A stretch of 64,000 bases of DNA from Clostridia bacterium (GTDB taxonomy: Bacteria; Bacillota; Clostridia; UBA1212): positions 121,006 to 185,005 of the forward strand of contig JAFTXP010000014.1 of NCBI GenBank assembly GCA_017461545.1, in the 5' to 3' direction. The notes under the pieces are model-generated. The model saw nothing but the letters and a program-made list of their open reading frames with translations, had not been told where the DNA came from and did not search any database. The translations under genes were made by a program, and so were the position numbers. Positions 1-7,343 of the stretch are shown one piece after another. Every line of letters begins with the position of its first letter. Position 1 is the first letter of the stretch.

Positions 1-1639
1 TAATAAATTCTGAAATTATATCTATAGAATTTGAAATATCCTCAGTACCGAAAGCACAAGCTAAATCTATTAAAACTTTTTTCAATGCATTATCACTATT
101 AGATTTCTCCAATAATAATTTCCATACAGGAATTATACAAAGTGCGACTGCGTGTCCATGACTGATATTATAATCTGTTGTCAATTTATAACTCATAGAA
201 TGAGCAGCAGTTGTTCTTGTAATATTAATTGCTCTTCCGCTATAATTTGAAGCAGTAATAATATCTTCATAGCACTCTTCTTTTCCGTTTAAATAGTCTT
301 TATAATTATTTAAAATTAATCTTATGCATTTCTTAGAATATTCTTTACTTTCTTCTGTTGCTCCTTTAGACCAAAACGATTCTACTGCCTGACATAACGA
401 ATCCAGTATAGTTGATTTTTTTTGATAATCAGGTAATGTCTTTAATGCATCAGAGCATAATATTGCATGATCAGGCAATGCACATCCATAATCTATCGAT
501 ATTTTTTTACCTTTATGATACATAACAGCAATTTGGGTTGATTCGCTGCCGCTGCCTGCCGTTGTAGGGACAGCAATGTGTCTCATATTATTATATTTAA
601 ATTTCTTTTCTAAAAAATCATATTCATTTTCTAATGAAGAAAATAGCTTTATACATTTTGCAACATCAATTGCACTTCCTCCACCAATAGAAATAATTAC
701 TTTATAATCACGTTTTTTAAAAAGTTCTACGCCTTTTTTTATCTCTTCATATTTTGGATTTGAAGTAAAATCAGTGAATAAGCTATATTCATAATCCACA
801 AATTCTTTTTTAACAGAATCGGTTAATCTATTACTGCAAACAACAAAAATGTTATCATTAAACCCTATTAATTCCTTTATTGATTTAAAATAATCACCGG
901 AAACTGTAATTGGCTGTTCTCTGTAATCAAAGAACTTAATTTCATTTAAAACACGATTATAATCTATTTCATTATCTATCTCATCAATATAATCATTTTT
1001 ATAAGACATACCTTGTATATTTAATTTATGTGATATTTCGTTTAAAGCGTTTTCAGCATAAACATTAACATATCCTGCCGAAACAAATTCAGCAACTTTA
1101 TTCTTCCATAAAGTCAAATCTTTTTTACTTAACTTATATAGCGGCTGGAAAGCATAACAATCATTATCAAATATATTTATTGAAACTTCTAACAATTTAT
1201 TATCCTTAAATCTACATTTGAAATCCTTTTCCGGCAATGATTTTGTTTCATCATAAAGACAAACTGATTCATTTTTATTTTCTAATAATTTTATAACTAA
1301 ATTTTTATTAAAAACCAAATCACCATGGAGTAATAACACATCATCATCTAAAAATATATTGGCATTATTCATTGATACAATATAATTAGTTTTTTTATAA
1401 TCATCATTTGCAACAAAATCAAAATGAAGATTTCTGAATTTATTTGCAATGTCGTATAATTGCTCTTTAAACGGTCCTGTGGTAATTATAAAATCTTTAA
1501 TTCCGCACTCACTTAAAATTCTTATTTGTCTTTCAAATATTGTTTCACCATTATATAACTTAACCATACACTTTGGATTATTTTCGGTCAATCCTGCCAT
1601 TCTGCTGCCTAATCCTGAGTTAAATATTAATGCTTTCAT
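1..1639 (-). CDS. Bifunctional LicC-like nucleotidyltransferase (phosphonate cytidylyltransferase-type) fused to iron-containing alcohol dehydrogenase (phosphonoacetaldehyde reductase-like). Partial: the C-terminus lies beyond the window start.
   Basis: Hand translation of the minus strand from ATG at 1639 (RBS AAGGA upstream) gives MKALIFNSGLGSRMAGLTENNPKCMVKL..., a GxGxR nucleotidyltransferase N-terminal domain. It is followed by the Fe-ADH glycine motif ISIGGGSAIDVAKCIKLF and a later HGHAVAL. The frame stays open to position 1. The ORF track does not list it because it runs off the edge. Confidence 0.6.
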   Translation of the reverse strand, partial: MKALIFNSGLGSRMAGLTENNPKCMVKLYNGETIFERQIRILSECGIKDFIITTGPFKEQLYDIANKFRNLHFDFVANDDYKKTNYIVSMNNANIFLDDDVLLLHGDLVFNKNLVIKLLENKNESVCLYDETKSLPEKDFKCRFKDNKLLEVSINIFDNDCYAFQPLYKLSKKDLTLWKNKVAEFVSAGYVNVYAENALNEISHKLNIQGMSYKNDYIDEIDNEIDYNRVLNEIKFFDYREQPITVSGDYFKSIKELIGFNDNIFVVCSNRLTDSVKKEFVDYEYSLFTDFTSNPKYEEIKKGVELFKKRDYKVIISIGGGSAIDVAKCIKLFSSLENEYDFLEKKFKYNNMRHIAVPTTAGSGSESTQIAVMYHKGKKISIDYGCALPDHAILCSDALKTLPDYQKKSTILDSLCQAVESFWSKGATEESKEYSKKCIRLILNNYKDYLNGKEECYEDIITASNYSGRAINITRTTAAHSMSYKLTTDYNISHGHAVALCIIPVWKLLLEKSNSDNALKKVLIDLACAFGTEDISNSIDIISEFI

Positions 1640-2762
1640 TTTTATTCCTTAACTTTTCTTGAAATTCTTTTTTATTAAACGCCGGAGTTGTTGTAGGTCT
1701 TCCTAAGTCCTGTCTTGAAATATTATTTGTATTAATTATCATTGCAATTTTACTATTATTTTTTAATAGTTTAATATTACTTTTCAGTTCTTCTTCGGTA
1801 CATGCAATTAATACTTCTTCAAATCCAAATGCTTTCAAGATTGAATATAGATCAATTTTATCGGAGATTGTCGGCTGTCCTCCGACAGATTCATGACATC
1901 CATTATTGATAAGTATATATTTAAAATTATTTTTAACATTTTGCATTGCTACTGCCAGTCCACCTAAGTGCATTAAGAAAGAACCATCTCCATCTATGCA
2001 AAATATATTTTTATTACTAAACAGACTTATTCCTGCTGCTAAAGATGCTGTATGTCCCATAGAACCAACTGTCAAAAAATCATTAGCGTGATTCTTATCT
2101 TTCTTTTCTCTTATTTCGAAAATTTCCCTTGATGTCTTACCGGTTGTTGAAACTACAAAATCATTATCAGATATATTATTTATAATTATTTCCAGTGATT
2201 TTTCTCTGGTTAAATCATTAATACTATTGTTTTTTATTTGGTTTTCATATTTTGAAAAAGTATCTTTTTTTACAATTACAGCAATAGGTTTTTCATTTTT
2301 TTTAATATAATTGTGACAATAGTTGATTTGATTTTTATATTCATCATTTAAAACAATGTATTTAATATTTAATGTATCTAATAAAGGTAATGTTAATTCT
2401 CCTTGTTTGATATGTTGCGGCTCATCTTTTACACCGGGTTCTCCTCTATAACCAATAACTAACAACATAGGAATTTTATATACGTTCTCATCTGCCAAAG
2501 ATAAAAGAGGATTAATAATATTACCAAGCCCGGAATTCTGCATATATACCAGTCCATAATCAGATGTTGAAATATTGTACCCACACGCTAACGCTAAAGC
2601 ATTACCTTCATTTGCTGCTATTATATGATTCTTACTCGGTGATTTATCTGTTATACACATACAAAGTTCTTTCAATAACGAATCAGGCACCCCCGTAAAA
2701 AAGGTAAATTCATTATCTAATAATGTGTTATAAAAATCTAATGGATTAATCACTACTATCAC
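1620..2762 (-). CDS. ppd: Phosphonopyruvate decarboxylase (TPP-dependent)
   Basis: 380 aa. N-terminal FFTGVPDSLLKEL and TPP-binding GDGSFLMHLGG...NNG motifs. Typical Ppd length. Overlaps and follows the PEP mutase gene. Confidence 0.75.
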   Translation of the reverse strand: MIVVINPLDFYNTLLDNEFTFFTGVPDSLLKELCMCITDKSPSKNHIIAANEGNALALACGYNISTSDYGLVYMQNSGLGNIINPLLSLADENVYKIPMLLVIGYRGEPGVKDEPQHIKQGELTLPLLDTLNIKYIVLNDEYKNQINYCHNYIKKNEKPIAVIVKKDTFSKYENQIKNNSINDLTREKSLEIIINNISDNDFVVSTTGKTSREIFEIREKKDKNHANDFLTVGSMGHTASLAAGISLFSNKNIFCIDGDGSFLMHLGGLAVAMQNVKNNFKYILINNGCHESVGGQPTISDKIDLYSILKAFGFEEVLIACTEEELKSNIKLLKNNSKIAMIINTNNISRQDLGRPTTTPAFNKKEFQEKLRNKNESINI

Positions 2763-3639
2763 CTATTACTTTTAATATTTCTTCCATGGATGCACAATAG
2801 TTTTCGCTGACATCTTTTGAACATTCATCCTTTAATATTTGTTCGGCAACCATTGTCATTACTTTATAAGAACTTCTCAGCAATTGATTTGCATAAATTA
2901 CTATGTTAGCTCCTCGATCAAATAATTCGTGTTCTTTAAATTGATTATATGCAGTCGGCACTACAACTAACGGGATGTTAACATATTTTATTTTAAATCG
3001 GGTAATAAAATCTAAAATTTCCTGTCCATCATTTTTATAACTATGAATCATTATTCCATCAGCTCCCGCTTTAACATAAGCATCGGCTCTGTCCATCGCA
3101 TCTTCTACATCTTTACCGGCAATAAAACTTTCTACTCTGGCAATAATCATAAAATCATCTGTTTGAAGATGAGATTTACCTTTTTTAATTTTATCAGCAA
3201 ATATTTCTTTATCTTCTAATATTTGAACAGCTTTATTACCCAATAAAGAGTTTTGCTTCAAGCCTTTTTTATCCTCAATAATAACAGCCGATACTCCGAT
3301 TCTCTCTAAAGTTTTAACATTATAAATAAAATGTTCTACATGTCCGCCTGTATCACCATCTACTATAATTGGTTTTGATGTGACTTCCATTATTTCCTCA
3401 ATAGTCTTAACTCTGCTTGAAAAATCTATCACTTCATTGTCAGGTTTTCCTTTTAGAGTAGAATCACACAATGAACTTAACCACATAGCGTCATATTCTT
3501 TATTATCAACTTTTGTATTTTCAACAATTAATCCTGTCAATCCATTTGATGCTTCCAGTACTCTCAAAATTTTTTTCTTATATAAAATTTGTTTTAATCT
3601 TTTTCTTCTTACTTCCGGCATATTGTTATTCACGCACAT
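2746..3639 (-). CDS. pepM: Phosphoenolpyruvate mutase (PEP phosphomutase)
   Basis: Carries the ICL/PEPM-family motif VIIEDKKGLKQNSL (EDKxxxxxNS) and DGDTGG. About 297 aa from ATG (MCVNNN...). The track ORF 2746..3654 begins at an upstream TTG. Adjacent to ppd. Confidence 0.75.
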   Translation of the reverse strand: MCVNNNMPEVRRKRLKQILYKKKILRVLEASNGLTGLIVENTKVDNKEYDAMWLSSLCDSTLKGKPDNEVIDFSSRVKTIEEIMEVTSKPIIVDGDTGGHVEHFIYNVKTLERIGVSAVIIEDKKGLKQNSLLGNKAVQILEDKEIFADKIKKGKSHLQTDDFMIIARVESFIAGKDVEDAMDRADAYVKAGADGIMIHSYKNDGQEILDFITRFKIKYVNIPLVVVPTAYNQFKEHELFDRGANIVIYANQLLRSSYKVMTMVAEQILKDECSKDVSENYCASMEEILKVIGDSSD

Positions 3640-4285
3640 CAGTCCCTCTTGCAATTAATCTGTAAATTAACTTACCATTAAGCTTCAAAAATAACCAAAT
3701 ATTTTTAAATATACTAACATAATCCATATAGTCTTTTGTCGCTTCTTTTGTCTTTAGAAAATATTCTTCTTTATAGAAATATTTACTTAGTAAAACATCT
3801 AAGTTTTTTATGTTATATTTGTAATATTGCTCTTCCATTGTTACCGAATCAGATAATTCTACTATTTTACTTACAAATGACATACAATTATAAGCTTTAT
3901 AAATTTTAAACCCATGAAATATTGGCATTGTAATCATTGAAAAGAAATTAAATATATATTCATCATCATTTGATATATTATTTATAAACTTTTCAATTTC
4001 ATTTTTATTTTCTCTTGATACCGGTATTTTAAATATTTTTAATTTTACATATTTGTTTTTTCCAAAAGCATAACAATCCAACGTTTCAATCATAAAACCA
4101 CAATCAAAAGGTGAATAATGTTTTCTTCTTGAAAAAGTAATAAATTTATCAAGCTTATCATCTAAACATACAGCAATATGAGTATAGTCATATTTCGCGA
4201 ACAATCTTGCAAACTTACCCAAACCTGTTAATGCTTTTACTAATACAACATATATACAATCATTTTGACTCTCGTTCTTCTGCAT
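3626..4285 (-). CDS. Hypothetical protein (219 aa) embedded in the phosphonate cluster
   Basis: ORF overlaps both neighbours in an operon-like arrangement. No motif I can name. Lys/Asn/Tyr-rich and predicted soluble. Confidence 0.4.
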   Translation of the reverse strand: MQKNESQNDCIYVVLVKALTGLGKFARLFAKYDYTHIAVCLDDKLDKFITFSRRKHYSPFDCGFMIETLDCYAFGKNKYVKLKIFKIPVSRENKNEIEKFINNISNDDEYIFNFFSMITMPIFHGFKIYKAYNCMSFVSKIVELSDSVTMEEQYYKYNIKNLDVLLSKYFYKEEYFLKTKEATKDYMDYVSIFKNIWLFLKLNGKLIYRLIARGTDVRE

Positions 4286-4964
4286 CTTTTTTACTTAGCC
4301 TTTTAAATAATTGAATTTGTAATCTAATCATTTCATAATACATTGGTATTCCGCCAACAATAAATACAATATCTGCAAATTTTAATTTAACGTCTAAAAC
4401 TTCTACTATCACATTTGGTCCGAATATCATACTTCCTATACATAAAACAATAAAAAATAAATGTGTTTCAATCGGTCCGAGTCTCGGAAATAAAAATTCT
4501 TTTAAGTATAAAATATAATTCATTGCCGTAAAAATTATAAGTGCATAAACCGGTACTAAAAAAATTGATATTTGAAAACTAACAAATCCTGCAAAAGAAA
4601 GAGCGATTATTAAATATGTAATATGTAATATATCACTCAACAAATCAAAATATCCACCTGCTATTGATGACATATTTCTAGTTCTTGCTACATAACCATC
4701 AAGATCATCACAAATTAAATGACATAAAAGACCTGATATAGTTCCTATCAAAAATAATGGATTGAGCTTAGCTAAAAACGCACAGACAATTCCAATCAAT
4801 CCACCTATTGCTCCAATTAAGGTTATTTGATTAGGAGTCATATTTTTAGGAATATGAACACCTACCCGTTTATATAAAAATTGTTGGAAACCGGTTTCTA
4901 ATTTACTGGGTATTATTTTTTTCACTTTATCTTCTTTTGCCACATTATTTTCACTCATGATCAT
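4260..4964 (-). CDS. CDP-alcohol phosphatidyltransferase family protein
   Basis: 234 aa, multi-TM. Family signature CDDLDGYVARTRNMSSIAGGYFDLLSDILH (D-G-x2-A-R...G-x3-D-x3-D). Confidence 0.7.
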   Translation of the reverse strand: MIMSENNVAKEDKVKKIIPSKLETGFQQFLYKRVGVHIPKNMTPNQITLIGAIGGLIGIVCAFLAKLNPLFLIGTISGLLCHLICDDLDGYVARTRNMSSIAGGYFDLLSDILHITYLIIALSFAGFVSFQISIFLVPVYALIIFTAMNYILYLKEFLFPRLGPIETHLFFIVLCIGSMIFGPNVIVEVLDVKLKFADIVFIVGGIPMYYEMIRLQIQLFKRLSKKDAEERESK

Positions 4965-6330
4965 TTCTCCTTTTTGATTTAAACATATTAACTATAAATG
5001 ATTTAATATAATCACCGTAATCTATAAAATCATAAACTCCTTCTTTTTTCCCTTTTAAAAATAATTTTATCAACAGCATATAATAATTTAAATAATATTT
5101 CTTTACACTCATTTTAGACGGTTTAGCTACAACATGAAGATAATCCCAATGGGATGGATTATCAGTTATAATTCTGTCCCTATACATGTCATAAGTTTCT
5201 ATCCCAAATTCAGGTGTAAAAATAGAAATCGCAACGTGTTTCAAATTATGGTTTTTTATCCATTTATATAACAATTTAAAATCTTTTGATTCGAAATCTA
5301 AATCAACAATAAACATTCCCATAATGTTTATTCCGTACTTATTGCAAATGTCGATACTTTTAATATTGTTATTTACATTAGACTTCTTATTATATTTTGT
5401 TAAATTATTATCATTTATCGCTTCTAATCCAACTAAAACATAATACAGACCTATGTCTTTTAGCTCTCTCATTGTTTCTTCATTCTGAACTATAAAATCA
5501 GATCTTCCGTAACATATATATTTCTTATTAACTTTTTTCTGTTTAATCAATGAAATAAAATTTTTTAATCTTTCTTCATTAAATAGAAAATCATCATCAA
5601 CTATATAAATATTATCTGTCTTTATTTTTGATATTTCATTTACTACATCTTCTATATCTCTGTAAACATATTTTCCGCAATTCATTCTGTTCCTGTGACA
5701 GAACTTACAATGATATGGGCAACAATATGCCGTTCTTACCCATGCTGAATGTTCTAGTTCCAAATAACGATAATTATTAGGATGTTCATAAAAATAAGTT
5801 CTGTCCGGCAATGGTAATTCGTTTATATCAAATGGTTTAGATTCATTTTTTATCCATACATTATCTCTTTTATAACAAATACCATCAACATTCTCTAATT
5901 TTATTTTCTTTTTGTTTATACTGTAATCAACCATATCCAATATTTTAAAAATATCAAATGTAGTCAAAATATAATCAACACAATCTTTGTACATTCTTTC
6001 ATAACTTAGTTGTGCGTGTAATCCCCCGATAATTGTTAAAATATTACTATTAAACTTTTTAGCTTCTTCGCAATATTCAAGCATAAAGTTTTCTTGTCTT
6101 GTTCTACCACATACATATACAACATCCGGATTAATTTCTTTTATTTTAGTTGGTACATCAATTTTTTCAATTTGACCGTCATATATATGTATTTCATAAT
6201 CTCGTTCTTTTAAAACACTTGAAATGTATTCTAATTCTAAACATTCGTTCTCTATAACTCCTACAAAGTTATACTTTGTTCTGGATATTTCAGGATGAAT
6301 TAAGAGAAATTTTAATTTTTTATTGTTCAT
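4951..6330 (-). CDS. B12-binding domain radical SAM protein (class B, Fom3-like candidate methyltransferase)
   Basis: N-terminal Rossmann/B12-like region (KLKFLLIHPEIS...). Radical SAM cysteine triad CPYHCKFC (CxxxCxxC). Likely start is ATG (MNNKK) with GAGG 9 nt upstream. The track start 6345 is an upstream ATG with no RBS. Confidence 0.7.
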   Translation of the reverse strand: MNNKKLKFLLIHPEISRTKYNFVGVIENECLELEYISSVLKERDYEIHIYDGQIEKIDVPTKIKEINPDVVYVCGRTRQENFMLEYCEEAKKFNSNILTIIGGLHAQLSYERMYKDCVDYILTTFDIFKILDMVDYSINKKKIKLENVDGICYKRDNVWIKNESKPFDINELPLPDRTYFYEHPNNYRYLELEHSAWVRTAYCCPYHCKFCHRNRMNCGKYVYRDIEDVVNEISKIKTDNIYIVDDDFLFNEERLKNFISLIKQKKVNKKYICYGRSDFIVQNEETMRELKDIGLYYVLVGLEAINDNNLTKYNKKSNVNNNIKSIDICNKYGINIMGMFIVDLDFESKDFKLLYKWIKNHNLKHVAISIFTPEFGIETYDMYRDRIITDNPSHWDYLHVVAKPSKMSVKKYYLNYYMLLIKLFLKGKKEGVYDFIDYGDYIKSFIVNMFKSKRRNDHE

Positions 6331-6440
6331 CTTCATCCGCCTCATTAATTACAATAATTCATAATTTCTTTCTACAATTTTTTGTTAATTCTGCTCGATC
6401 CTTTGTTTAAATACGCTATTATAAAACTTATATCAAAAAG

Positions 6441-7091
6441 TTAAGATTTTTTTACACTTACTATACCGCTATATTTACTAATCACTTTTGTTTCTAATTC
6501 ATTTTTATCCATATTTTCCTCTAACAATTTCTTTATTGCATTAAATAGTTTTTCATTTGCCTTTTCCATATCCAACTTTGATACATCTATTGGTTTACCA
6601 AATACTATTTTTAAATTCTTGGAAAACATCTTATAACTTCCTGTTATTGAATAAGGAACAATAATGCTATTGGTTTTTTTCGCCATTGATACTGCACCGT
6701 ATTTAAAGGGTAGCAATAGTTCTTCAGTATAATTCCTTTTTGCTTCAGGAGATAAATTAATTAAATTACCTTCTTTCAGCTTTTCTGTTGCAGCATCAGA
6801 GGCGGCTTTATTAGTTGCACTGTTTAAATCAACAGGTATTGTTCCAACCGCTCTAAAAAAGAATCCAAATATTCCATCATGCAAATTTTTTTTGGCTAAA
6901 GTAAATACTATCCGCTTTGTACAAACATCTACTAATATCGGATCTAATGCGTGTTTATGATTCCCTGCAATTATTGCAGCACCATTTTTAGGTATGTATT
7001 GCTCATTTATAATCTTCGGTCTAAATACAAATTTGAATAACGGTAAAAATATCACTCTAAATACTTTATACAAATAATACTTCTTTGTCAT
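6441..7091 (-). CDS. 1-acyl-sn-glycerol-3-phosphate acyltransferase family (PlsC-like)
   Basis: 216 aa. HxxxxD acyltransferase motif (AGNHKHALDP). RBS AAAGGAG and an extended -10 promoter lie upstream. AT-rich like the downstream cluster. Confidence 0.65.
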   Translation of the reverse strand: MTKKYYLYKVFRVIFLPLFKFVFRPKIINEQYIPKNGAAIIAGNHKHALDPILVDVCTKRIVFTLAKKNLHDGIFGFFFRAVGTIPVDLNSATNKAASDAATEKLKEGNLINLSPEAKRNYTEELLLPFKYGAVSMAKKTNSIIVPYSITGSYKMFSKNLKIVFGKPIDVSKLDMEKANEKLFNAIKKLLEENMDKNELETKVISKYSGIVSVKKS

Positions 7092-7117
7092 AAAAACTCC
7101 TTTTGTTTACAAAAAAC

Positions 7118-7146
7118 ATTATACCACATTTTACAAATATTGACTA
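7118..7146 (-). promoter_or_regulatory. Sigma-A-type promoter for the plsC-like and phosphonate cluster genes
   Basis: Minus-strand reading TAGTCA-17 nt-TGgTATAAT (extended -10), about 25 nt upstream of the start at 7091. Confidence 0.4.
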
Positions 7147-7191
7147 AAGCATATTAAGAGATGTAATGTATTACCTCTGATTTTCATTGCA

Positions 7192-7228
7192 AAAAAATTG
7201 TCTACACTTTATTGTGCAGACAATTTTA
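7192..7228 (-). terminator. Intrinsic terminator downstream of secA
   Basis: Near-perfect inverted repeat ttgtctacac/gtgcagacaa followed by a T7 run on the minus strand. Confidence 0.6.
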
Positions 7229-7343
7229 TTATCTTATATTTTTTAATACATTTCTAAATTCTGTATTATTATCAATTCAAACCTTACCATCGTTTATATT
7301 ATCGTGAAATGCAAACGATGGCAATAATTCTACCTGCATCAAC

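Noticed and set aside
1-7343. Mobile-element hallmarks (integrase, transposase, tRNA target, direct repeats) at the AT-rich island boundary
   Set aside because: None is visible at the right-hand boundary, which consists only of the secA terminator and plsC promoter. The left boundary is outside the window.
7092-7343. tRNA or small RNA genes in the larger intergenic regions (7092-7343, 35410-35609, 39854-40059, 45041-45141, 61129-61260)
   Set aside because: These contain only promoter and terminator elements. I found no cloverleaf-compatible sequence or conserved ncRNA motif.
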